Of a stretch of DNA of 64,000 bases, positions 53,201 through 64,000 are shown piece after piece. This DNA comes from Antedon mediterranea (taxonomy: Eukaryota; Animalia; Echinodermata), in the NCBI RefSeq assembly GCF_964355755.1, contig NC_092672.1:12276001-12340000 (forward strand), read 5' to 3'. The stretch's first letter is position 1, and every line of letters begins with the position of its first letter. The notes beneath the pieces are model-generated. The model was not told the origin of the DNA and did no database searches. It saw nothing but the letters and a program-made list of their open reading frames with translations. Position numbers and translations under genes: made by a program.

Positions 53201-56200
53201 TTGATAAAAATATTATTTCCAGTGTACCTTACCGGTACGTTTTTACCTTTATTATGATACAAATTAATCTCTATACACAAATTGGCCAAAGCAGGCAATT
53301 ATGCGTTTGTTGAAGGAAGAAGAAAGAGAGAGTTTCTCTCTTTTGTGGGGACAGCTCACTTTGAACGAACAGTTAATGTGTTATTTGGTATGGTTGAATT
53401 CTTTTTTTCAAACTTACCGTCGATATCTTCCTTCTTCCACTTGTCACACTCTTTTCCAATTGCTTGAAACAATGTCGTTGTGATAGCAATACCATCAGTA
53501 GATGGTTCGTTGGATTTAAATCTATAATAATGAATAATGAACTCTAAAAGGTCGGATTTAATGAAAGGAGAATGTATCCAATAGTTCATCTTAAAATATT
53601 AATATATTTAAAATAAAAACGAAGTGAAGATCACAAGTAAATAAGCATATGCTTCACACCTCTTGGGGATATTTAAAACAAACTGAAACTTTCAGCAGCA
53701 GAATTTGCATAAACATCGTCGTCACCATCACCGTCAATGTCACCATCATCGTCATTATCATCATAATTGCCATTATAATCATCATCATTATTATTATTCG
53801 AAAAGGAATGAAAACCCGTTACTCAAAGACGAAACTTCAGGTATCAACTATTTAAAATAAGAACCTCACTAATACCAATTTTTGTATTTTATTGAATAAT
53901 TACATATCAAAATACTCAGCACCAAACTTATTATAAACAAGAAATCCAAACAACTCGTTAAATGTTGTCAATTGCATTAGAGATACTTATGAAAAAAGAT
54001 AAAGTTTTTTAAATGGTTCAAAAAACAAAAGATTGATTTTAATATATTTTTTGATAAGGAATGTTATGCCATGACTATTATAGAGAACATGAATACAGGA
54101 TTAAAAATAAATGAGCACTTAATCTACTGTAATGGTAAAAACACCATTCAAATTGTATTATAAATACTTTATATTGATGAAGATCATGTATTTTTTTATT
54201 GGTGCATCTTATAAAATAACTTTGTTTTTGTGTTACCTTTGTCCAAGCATGGCCTTTACACAGCTAGTTTTTCCAGCACCTTCTTTCCCGAGAAACATAC
54301 ATCTTGAATTTACAACTGCAATCTCACCATTTTCAAGTTCATTTTGAAATGATCTAATTGCGCTCTTACCTCTAGCTAATATTTCAACTGGAACTAAATT
54401 GCGATTAAAATAAATGTAAAATATACAAAAACAAATGTACAAATACAAATATTTTACATTTAAGAATCATTTCAAAGCCAGAGTTTTAAAACTGTCATTA
54501 TGAGAGCTCATCTTCTTCACATTCATACAGTTCAAAGGTTCAGTACAATGTTCATTGTGTGTCATTAGTAATACACTGCACTTTAATATTCATGATGCAA
54601 AACTCAATCAAAGTGTATTAATTAATACAAACTTACTGTCAAGTAACTTCAATATCGTATTTTTCTGTTCTTTGGAGATATCACTATTATCCTTCAAAGC
54701 AGATGCTGGTGTTTGTCCTTGCTATACAAAAAATGTATTAAAGTATTATCCACTGTTGCTTTACTAATCTATATATAAATTTACGTAAGGAAAAAAATCG
54801 GTAAATCGCCCCTTACTTCTAGAATTTTTATTTGATGGTATATATAGTTGGTTCGTACTTTCGGTACTGATTTTAACCACCTTATGTAACTCTGTTTACT
54901 AATTAAATTGAGTTAGATAATTATTTATTGACGATTAAAGCGAATTTACGATTTGCCCCGAATAGAGATGTTTTTCACAAATTGTTTTACACTAGATGTT
55001 TTACGCTAGATGGTATCATCTAGGTCGTGCCCACAGATTGTTCTCGAATACACAGTAATTTCAGCGTAACAAAACTGGCGATTTCAAATGTACGTACCGC
55101 GGGACTATAATACATTGTCGTTTACAGAAACGAATAAATAGACACGATGATCTAAAACATTTTAATGAAGTATTGGAATAAATCAACACAAAAAGTAGTC
55201 CAATTTGGCGATGCGCTCGGACACAAACTATTACTTTTTGGGTGTATGTTTTCTTTAGACATCAAATTACTGCCATTGTTTGCCTTTTTTGTGTTTATCC
55301 TTAAAAAAAATCAGGAAAGTGAAATAGCCTATCGTGTGCGGCCCATCAATAAACATCAGTGTGCCAAATGTAAGCACGTACCGTTCAGTGGTTTTGGAAG
55401 ATATACATAAAAAAAAATATAGTAGCATTAATATTTAGATGCTAACATAATGTCTTTAAACAATTGGCGCCCTTTCTGATATTCTTTTGCTCCATCAAGA
55501 TGATGATTACTGTGTATTAGTTAACAAAAGATTTGTAATATTTTAAGTTACTAACATACTCCTAATCAAAATAAGAGTATACCATGGATATAGGCGTAAT
55601 GGTTTGCTTAATAAGCACAATTTAAAACTGAAAATGCAATGTTGCTGAATTAATTGACGGTACCTTATTTCTTGCTTTAAGTGATGCTCCGTGGGCTATT
55701 AGACTGTTCACTATCTCTACATTACCATAGCCAACCATAACGTGTTGATGTAGCGGTGTGTATCCATACTGGAAAGAAGAAAGTTAGAATAAACTTGAGC
55801 CATTTTTTTCAAGAATACAGGTAGTATTATATTACTTTTTTTTTCTATATTTCATTTTGTAATTCATTGAGAGTGACTGTAAATTATATAGAAAGACCTG
55901 GTATTAAGAAAATAATACAACTTGCTGATTTAAATTATTATAATACAGAAGGGTTAGCAATGAACACATTTTAAAAGTATTAATTTAGCGTCTTGTTCGA
56001 TCTAAAACGCTACAGCTACATGATTTTAATATATTTTAAATTGTATTTTTGCTTTGATAATAACTATACATTGATTCGAATGAAAAACACAATAAACGAA
56101 TCTAGGGTTTGCTTATAACAGGAGATAATTTAAATTCACTTGTAATGTTAACTAATACGAATAATTACATTAATGATTTTTAAATCATTTTAAAAGACTA

Positions 56201-58620
56201 ACTTACATTGTCTGTTGCTTTGATGGATGCTCCGTGAGCTATGAGACTGTTCACTATCTCTACATTACCATAGCCACCCTTAACGTGTTCATGTAGCGGT
56301 GTGTTTCCATCCTGGAAAGAAGAAAGTTAGAATAAACTTGAGCCATTTTTTTCAAGAATACAGGTAGTATTATAGGGTGTGTAAAAAGCGACGACCTCGA
56401 ATTGGACGACCCCAACGACCCAGGCGACCTCGAATTGGACGACCTAGAATTGGACGACCCATAACACGAAACCGACGACCCCTATAATAGCCTAGCCTAG
56501 CCTAGGCCTAAGTATGGTATAACATCCCGAAGCCGAACATAACCAAAGATCTTTAAACCATACCTTATATAATACTCGCAAGCAAGCAATTGATTGAAAA
56601 AATACAGAAATATCGCCATTTGATACTGAATGTGTCGACACGAACAAACGAACAGATATGGAACGCCAAGAGTGCATCATTAAAACTGCATTCGACTCGA
56701 TTAGCACACGAAATATCATAAACATGGCAAACCAGGCCCCTTTTTCAGCGGCAGGTAAGGTTTGACCATGGAGGTATATTTTACCTCCATGGTTTGACCA
56801 GCTCCATGGTTTGGTAAAAATATTTTTATACCTCCATGGTTTGACCGTATACAATGCATGTGTGAAATGTAAAGCTTTCTTATGGCCCTCCCCCATGCAG
56901 GATTAGGCCAAGTTGAGCCGCCGACAAGTTGAGGCGCCGCCAGAAAAACGTTATTTTCTATGAAACGCCAAATTCTTACTTTCGCCGGTGCTCGTTTCTA
57001 TTTAATAGAAGTTCTATTTATATTAATTATTAGATATAACGATGTATATTCCAAAGTTTATATATCACGGTTTTTAGTATAATTATTATTAAATATTATA
57101 ATTAAAGAGAAATAATTATGAATATCTGACTTGTAGATTCCAAAATATAAGGCCTAAAACATGACCGAAAATGATCGTTTTTAGCCAAAAATGACGTAAA
57201 CATGTTGCCCCCTCAGGCGGCAGTTGAAGTAAAATAATTGCATAAAATCACCGTTTTTTTGGAAAATATTTTGTGTATTAACATTGTAAAATTCAATAAA
57301 ATATGATATTAAAAGATAGTAAATAAAAAATAATAATTATTTAACCTCATTCGAAGAATATCAATACTCTATTAGTCCTGAGAGACAACGTGATTTTACG
57401 TGGTAAGCATACACGCGAGAAAAATATTATGGAGTGCACTGCATTTTTACCTTGAAAGATTAAAAACAATTAAATTATTAAATATGACTACTTTCCTTAG
57501 CTGTTTCAAACCAACAAAATTGTAGTATGTAATTATTATTTATTTTCATGACACAACAAACCTAAAGACCATGAACTTATGTAGGGCCTACTAGGACACC
57601 ACTCTATCACTAGGCGAAATGTCGTAAAAGACGCACTGGCCGTTTCATAGAAATTACCGGCGGATCAACTTGTCGGCGGCCCAACCGGTCATATCCCCCC
57701 ATGCACATGTTACGCTGCTTGGTAGGCCTATAGTGTTCGTTATAAGAAGACGAGATGTAATTATACGTCCATGGTTTAACCATGTATTGTATAATATTTA
57801 TTTCTTTTTAATTTATTTTTAATATGTCGAATGCAGTTTTAATGATGCACTCTTGGCGTTCCATATCTTTTCGTTTGTTCGTGTCGACAGAATCAGTATC
57901 AAATGGCAATATTTCTGTATTTTTTCAATCAATTGCGTGCTTGCGAGTTTTATATAATAAGGTATAGTTTTGATCTTTGGCTATGTTCGGCTTCGGGATG
58001 TTATACCACACTTAGGCCTAGGCTATAGGGGTCGTCGGCTATATGGGTCGTTCAATTCGAGGTCGTTCAATTCGAGGTCGCCCGGGTCGTTGGGGTCGTC
58101 CAATTCGAGGTCGTCGCTTTCTACACACCCTAGTATGATATTACTTTTTTTTCTATATTTCATTTTGTAATTCATTGAGAGTGACTGTAAATTATATAGA
58201 AAGACCTGGTATTAAGAAAATAATACAACTTGCTGATTAGAATTATTATAATACAGAGAGGTTAGCAATGAACACATTTTAAAAGTATTAATTTAGCGTC
58301 TTGTTCAATCTAAAATGCTACAGCTATACTATTTTTAATATATTTTAAATTTTATTTTTGGTTTGATAATAACTATACATTTTTTCCAATGAAAAACACA
58401 TTAAACGAATCTAGGGTTTGTTTATAACGGTAGATAAATGTAAATTAACTTGTAGTGTTAACTAATGCGAATAGTTACGTTAATGATTTTTAAATCATTT
58501 TAAAAGAGTAATTACATTGTCTGTTGCTGTGATTGATGCTCCGTGAGCTATGAGACTGTTCACTATCTCTACAATACCATCGCCAAGCGTAACGTGTTTA
58601 TGTAGCGGTGTGTTTCCATC
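46686..58620 (-). CDS. Gene B: ankyrin-repeat / Roc-COR (ROCO) / tandem-DED protein, 5'-incomplete (N-terminal exons not found, presumably beyond the retrotransposon and window edge)
   Basis: Twenty GT-AG exons splice in frame to TAG at 46686 (about 1136 aa in window): 58620-58516, 56311-56207, 55768-55664 (ANK), 54721-54637 (ANK C-cap), 54393-54237, 53521-53418, 53029-52859, 52681-52535, 52082-51909, 51569-51358, 50990-50901, 50783-50589, 50322-50077, 49423-49229, 49085-48924, 48811-48509, 47966-47886, 47798-47591, 47401-47366, 47215-46686. Roc motifs: PVEILARG, G1 GKEGAGKTS, G2 STDGI, G3 IWDYAGQLDYYITH, G4 LVATHMD. COR-like YLNDIGVIMY...VITNLYMMIEMV and FLVPSR. Confidence 0.9.
54768..55437 (+). 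mobile_element. 3'-truncated Helitron in a gene B intron
   Basis: Begins a|TCTATATATAAATT, the same 5' end as 11324, and is absent from gene A. Homology to gene A resumes near 55438 with ~260 bp of host intron missing; no CTAG/hairpin end found. Confidence 0.6.
55664..55768 (-). CDS. Gene B last internal ANK exon: YGYTPLHQHVMVGYGNVEIVNSLIAHGASLKARNK
   Basis: 105 bp, AG/GT bounded, phase 0-0. Confidence 0.9.
56207..56311 (-). CDS. Gene B ANK exon: DGNTPLHEHVKGGYGNVEIVNSLIAHGASIKATDN
   Basis: 105 bp, AG/GT bounded, phase 0-0. Confidence 0.9.
56375..58130. mobile_element. Mutator-like long-TIR (foldback) non-autonomous element in an ANK cassette intron
   Basis: About 350-bp TIRs (gggtgtgtaaaaagcgacgacctcgaattggacg... 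/ ...cgtccaattcgaggtcgtcgctttctacacaccc). Flanks tagtattata / tagtatgata (TSD 6-10 bp depending on boundary). Empty site at about 55822. Confidence 0.8.
56900..57696. mobile_element. Second Mutator-like MITE nested in the previous element
   Basis: Perfect 9-bp TSD ccccatgca (56891-56899 and 57697-57705); TIRs ggat...gccgccgacaagttga and its inverse. Confidence 0.8.
58516..58620 (-). CDS. Gene B ANK exon: DGNTPLHKHVTLGDGIVEIVNSLIAHGASITATDN
   Basis: 105 bp, AG/GT bounded, phase 0-0. Confidence 0.9.
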
Positions 58621-59530
58621 CTGGAAAGAAGAAAGTTATATTAAACTTTAGACATTTTTTTAAAGAATACAGGTATTATTATATTACATATTTATTCTTT
58701 TCTATATTCATTTTGTAATTCATTAAGAGTGAATGTAAATTATAAAGGATTTAGCAATGAACATTATCAAGTATTGATTTTAGCGTCTAGTTAAATGATG
58801 TTTAAAATACTTTTGAGCTCATTTATATTAACTATTGAGTGTTAACTAATACGGACAATGACGTTAATAATATTAATTCATTGTAAACGAGTAATTTACA
58901 TTAATTTACTGTAAAGAAAACCTGGTAATAAGAAAGTAATACAACTGACTGATTTTAACTTACAGGTGCAGAGGTGTTAGCAATGAACATTTAAAAGCTG
59001 ATTTTAATTTTGAACATGTACAGTAGATGTGGTAGCAGTGAACATACATTTTAAAGTATTGATGTTAGCGTCTTGTTTAATCTAAAATTCGACAGCTGTA
59101 CATGATTTTTAAATATCGTAAATGATATGGTGATGGTTCATAACTATAATTAATATAATTATTATTATTTATTAAAGGACGTTTAATTTATTTTATTACA
59201 AAATGTAATGCCAAAACAGGGATAGCCGACCATGTTGGTTCTTAGTGAACGTATTATTATTATTTTGTTTTTACTTGATCTCGAAAACGATAGCTGATTT
59301 AAATTAAATTTTGTACTACGAATAATAACGTTAATGATTTTAATATATACCGTAGTAAATCTCTGTCTACGCGACCTAACTGTATCAATAAAGCATCACA
59401 TGAAATGTGATTGAACAATATCATTAGTAGGAAGGACACCAAATTGGGGAAAGCGATCCCTTGACCAAAGACTAACGTGGACAAAAAATGTTCATGACCG
59501 CGTTGGACCGCAAAAATTAAGATGTGCTGA

Positions 59531-60824
59531 TGTCACACAGCCGCAATTACGGCTCTTTCGGACATGTAATATCTGGTAACCACCGGTAAACAACGGTAAA
59601 TAGCCACAACTGTACACATATAAATGTAAAAAGTAAATTTAATAATAATCTTTGACAAACAATTCTTCCTTCTATAATCCAAACCCCACCTAAAAAAAAA
59701 CCAACAAAAAAACCCAAGCAATTCTCAACCAATGATACAGTATCCCTATTCCCACACAATTTATACACTTTCCCAAATTCCCAATCCTTCCAGACAAAAT
59801 ATCGACAATCTTCTTATTGTCAGATATAAATCCCAGAAACCCCCCTTCCAAATACAATAATATCACAAGATGAATAATACAATAATAAATGTCCACAATA
59901 TCGTTCCTTCTTGCCTTTTCTCCTACGCTGACACAAAACAAATTCGAAAGATAAAAGTTAAAACGATTCCGCAACTAAACAACTCCTCTGCTCCCGTTCT
60001 GCTTGTATTCCCAATTATACTTCTTCTCAACCTGCAACTATCTTCTGACATATAAATAAATGAAATATAAAGTTAAAAATGTTTCTTGAGGTCCTTCTGC
60101 ACTGCAATCCGCTCCCCGATCAATTATTTCTTTCTCCTTTTCCACGTAACATAATATCAGTATCAATAAAGTCAGTCTTCGATACTTTCAACAAAAGCTT
60201 TCTTTAAAAGCAATTAATTCTGCTATTTCCAACAGTTATTATTCGATTTATTAACTTCATGTATCTCACTTTATTTCATTTCTGCTCCAGCTCTAGATCA
60301 CCATAATTATTTCCAACTCACAATTTATTAACTTCATGTATATCACCTTATTTCGTTTCTGCTTCAGCTCTATATCACCATAATTATTTCCAACTCACAA
60401 TTTACTAACTTCATGTAGATCACCTTATTTCCTTTCCGCTTCAGCTCTATATCACCATACTTCTTTCCAACCCACAATTTATTAACTTCATATATACCAC
60501 TTTACTTCCTTTCTGCTTCAACATAACATAACCCTCCTTCTCTGTCTCCTCTCAACTTTCATCTCCTTCTCAAACTTCCCTCAATTGCACACATACCACC
60601 ACCTTATCCTTCTCAACCAATCAGCAACTCACACACCAACTCAACTCTTACACCTCTCCTCCAATCAGCAACCTCCACACACTCCTTCTCTGCACACTAA
60701 CACTCTGCTCCACTGGCTTCAAACAATAGTTTCCTAAAACAAAAGAAAGGTTCAAATAATGAAAACAAAAGGAAAAGTAAGAATAACTTGCACAATAAAT
60801 ACAAAACTTATGTCACTTGTGACA
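59531..60824 (-). repeat. 3' LTR (1294 bp) of the retrotransposon
   Basis: Perfect 7-bp inverted termini TGTCACA...TGTGACA. Preceded on the minus strand by the polypurine tract AGAGGGGAGTAAA (60837-60825). Contains ~3.5 copies of a 77-bp tandem repeat (about 60246-60520). Confidence 0.85.
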
Positions 60825-60873
60825 TTTACTCCCCTCTAAAAGAAATATGTACCAACATTTTCTCTAAATATAT

Positions 60874-63800
60874 TTACACTCGACTTAGATAATCAGCTCC
60901 TACATTTTCACTGCCTTTAATCGCCTCTATTCGGAACTTGTACGGTTGTAGAGCCAGGGCCCATCTCATAATTCGCCCATTGGACAATTTCGCTCGCTGC
61001 ATAAACACAAGCGGCTGGTGATCAGTCTCCAACGTGAAGTTTCGTCCATATAAATAAGATTCAAACTTTCGTACACTCCAGACAATGGCTAAACATTCTT
61101 TTTCCATCACTGAATATGCTTTTTCTCGAGGAAGCAGTTTCTTGCTAGCGTACGCCACGGGAAACTTCACGTCACCATACTGCTGCATTAGAACCGCTCC
61201 CACTCCACATTCGGACGCATCTGTTCTCAAAATAAAATCTTTGTTTAAATTGGGAAGGCATAAAACTGGAGTACTATTTAATTTTCCCTTAAGTTTAACA
61301 AACGCACTTTCCTGGGCCTTCTCCCAACATATTCGGTTAGGTTCCCGATTCTTCGTTTTGTCGGTTAATGGACAAGCAATTACAGAGTAATTAGGAATGA
61401 ACTTCCTATAGTAGTTGGTCATCCCAAGGAATGACCGGAGTTGTTTCTTCGTTTCTGGCTGTTTGGCTGACAGGATGCTTTGCACCTTCTCCACCCTAGG
61501 TTGAACCTGTCCTTTCCCTACCACATGGCCAAGAAACTCGATTGTTTCATAACCAATGAAACATTTGCTCGGTCGAGCAGTTAGGTTGGCCCTGCGGAGA
61601 TGTCCAAACAATTCAGACAAACATTTCATATGTTGATCCCAAGAAGCTGTGTGAATTAGAATGTCATCAATATAATTAAGTGTATTATCCATTCCTTTGA
61701 GTAATTTTCTCATGATACGACTGAAAGTAGCTGGTGCATTGACTAAGCCGAACGGCATGACATTAAATTGAAACAAACCATCTGGTGTTAGAAAGGATGT
61801 TAAAGGTTTTGACGCTTCATCCATGGGAACTTGCCAATACCCTTTACTTAAATCTATCTTAGTAAAATAATGATCGTGGGCCAACCTTGTGAACTGTTCC
61901 TCTTGGTCCGGGATCGGTTCGGCGTCAAAACTGTAACCTGATTAAGTTTCCGAAAGTCCACGCAGAATCGATTTGACCCATCCGGTTTCTTTACCAATAC
62001 TATTGGTGATGCAAACGGTGCCCCTGAAGGCTCCACTACACCCAGATTTAACATCATATTTACCTCATCCTTAATGGTACCTCGCAACGCATGTGGAAGT
62101 GGATAGGGCTTGGAACGGATTATATCCTCAGTTTCCAACTTGATTTCATGCTGCCCAAGTGTAGTCTTCCCCGGTAAATCCGTCAATACATCTTTGTAGT
62201 TTCCGATGAGTCGGTGCACCTCATGCTTTAGGGTATCATCCAGGCTTTCGTTGATGTGAATGTCGGCTGTTGTTTCTTTTGCTAGTAAAGGGTGGAGCTG
62301 CAAAAGATTCTCATTAGATAGATGATAATTTTGGTTACTTGTAAATGTTTCATTAGGTTCGCATTCAATAACAGTGGTGCTAGCTAATTCAAGGATATCT
62401 GAAGGCTCGGATACCTCCAGAGCAGCACTAATGTCTGCGGTTCGCTCATAATACCTTTTCAAGAGATTGGCGTGAAATATTTTGAATTTCCCATTAATGT
62501 CAATTTGGTAGTCTAGATACCCAAATTTCTTTACAACCTTAAAAGGACCTTTCCATTGAAGCAACAGTTTGTTTTTGTCTGTGGGTAGTAAAAGTAGTAC
62601 CTTATCCCCAACCTCAAATTCCCGGGACTTACTCTTTTTGTCATAATATTGTTTATACCTGACCTTTGATTTTTGTAGATTCTTCTGAGCCATCTGACAG
62701 GTTTCATGTAATCGTTCCCGTAAATCCATAACGTACTGGTAGGTGGTTTTTGTTTCTGGTGTTTCAATTTCTTCGGTCCACAATTCCCTTAGGATGGACA
62801 TGGGTCCTCGGACGGTACGGCCATATAAGAGTTCAAAAGGAGAAAAACCTAAACTTTCTTGTGAAGATTCCCTAACAGCAAACAGTAGTGGGTCAATGTA
62901 TCGATCCCAATCAGTAGGCCTTTCGGCACACATACGTTTCAGCATTTGTTTGAGTGTTCCATTGAACCGTTCGACCAAACCATTACAAGCTGGGTGATAT
63001 GGAGATGTCATTACCTGACGTATAGACAACAACTTACTAACTTGCTTCATGACTTCCGATGTAAATTGTGATCCCCTATCGGTAAGCATTTCTTTCGGGA
63101 TACCAAGTCTAGAGAAAACACCAACCAAGGCCTCAGCAACCCGTTCAGCTTCAATACTTGGTAGAGGCACTGCCTCGGGATAACGAGTAGCAAAATCTAT
63201 TATTGTGAGTATATAACGATTACGACCTTTAGACATGGGGAAAATGGGACCAACTATATCAACGGCAATCCGTTCAAACGGCACCTCGATCAAAGGCATG
63301 CTTCCTAGAGGCACTTTCGTAACTCTACCTTTTTGTACAGTTCTCTGACAAATGTCACAGGATCGACAATATCGAGTAATATCCGCAGTGACCCCAGGCC
63401 ACCAAAAAGTTGTCAACACTTTATCCGTCGTCTTTTTGACCCCTTGGTGTCCTCCTAATAAGGTTTCATGGGCTTGGCGCATTACCTGGCGTCGATAGTC
63501 AGCTGGCACTACCAGTTGGGTAAACTTATCCCCGTGTTCAATATTAGGAGAGGAAAATTGCCTATATAATAGGTCTTTATGATAAATAAACCTAGACGTG
63601 GCTTGTTGTAGTTTGCTTCTCTGCAAGATCCTTGAATTTTGCAAGGCTGACATCTTGTTGCTGAGCGGTCTTCATAGTTACCGCTGTGATTATTTGCTGG
63701 TGTATTTCTGTAGTTTTAAGTGTTCTGAATGGTTTATCCATATTGTTAGCTTGAGACCGGGTGACAACAGAACATCCTTGAAGATTCCGCTCTGTCCATG

Positions 63801-63963
63801 TGGGATCTGGATTTCCTGGTGCTCGTACTCCTGCAATATTACCTAATATCAAGTCATAAATAGGGTTATTCATACATAGTGCATACGTATTTCCTGAAAA
63901 AAATGGTGTATTAACCTGTATTAATGCAACCGGTAGGTTGCGGACCGTGCCGTCAATCAGCAC
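60874..63963 (-). pseudogene. pol: Retrotransposon pol split into three ORFs
   Basis: ORFs 63592-63963, 61854-63653 and 60874-61884. Adding one T to the T-run at 61927-61930 restores VTVFDAEPIPDQ; a second frameshift lies near 63605-63620. Confidence 0.85.
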
Positions 63964-64000
63964 ACAGGTTTTCTCCTTACCAGTAAGTTGTTCGGCTGAT

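Larger units (their letters stand above)
59531..64000 (-). mobile_element. Gmr1-like Ty3/Gypsy LTR retrotransposon (IN before RT-RH), 5' part beyond the window, frameshifted
   Basis: Integrase HHCC (AHETLLGGH...CRSCDIC), DDE core (VDIVGP, TDRGSQF, NGLVERFN) and WKGPF come before RT (SPIVLVKKPDGSNRFCVDFRKLN, DLSKGYWQ, YIDDILI) and RNase H (LRTDAS, EKECLA, TDHQPL, ADYLSR). PPT and 3' LTR present. Confidence 0.93.

Noticed and set aside
53649-53855. Plus-strand ORF with a poly-Ile stretch as a membrane protein
   Set aside because: It arises from an (atc/att)n microsatellite inside a ~580-bp insertion specific to a gene B intron.
56492-56896. 134-aa minus-strand ORF as a transposase or gene
   Set aside because: It lies largely within the TIR arm of a non-autonomous element and shows no DDE or other recognisable motif.
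55664-61884. Diversity-generating retroelement (RT next to hypervariable repeats)
   Set aside because: The RT is part of an LTR retrotransposon with IN, RNase H, PPT and LTR. Variation is not adenine-specific (the third-position A of codon 8 and many framework A residues are invariant), and no template/variable repeat pair is present.
61085-63846. Plus-strand ORFs overlapping pol (61085-61390, 62743-62997, 63598-63846)
   Set aside because: Antisense shadows of the retrotransposon coding sequence with no independent evidence.

Overview
AT-rich, intron-rich animal genomic DNA, probably from an invertebrate deuterostome such as an echinoderm (inference only). It holds two tandem minus-strand paralogs of a large ROCO-family gene with the order ankyrin repeats - Roc GTPase - COR - tandem death-effector domains (DED). 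Gene A runs from an ATG near 27142 off the left edge and has an early in-frame stop. Gene B runs in from the right to its stop at 46686 and its 20 visible exons splice in frame. The main result is that every internal ankyrin repeat is one phase-0 exon of 105 bp (one is 108 bp), sitting in near-identical ~0.5-kb or ~3.3-kb intron-exon cassettes. The framework codons are almost invariant, while a few predicted binding-surface codons change almost only at positions 1-2. This looks like a recombination-diversified, DARPin-like receptor wired to a death-signalling output. The introns and intergenic DNA contain many transposons: a Gmr1-like Ty3/Gypsy element with integrase before RT, Helitrons, hAT, nested Mutator-like elements, a Kolobok-like element, a Harbinger fragment, a BEL/Pao fossil and a probable solo LTR. 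There is also a 71-bp minisatellite of about 41 copies. All exon models were derived by hand from GT-AG sites, phase continuity and A/B paralog comparison; no database search or alignment program was run.
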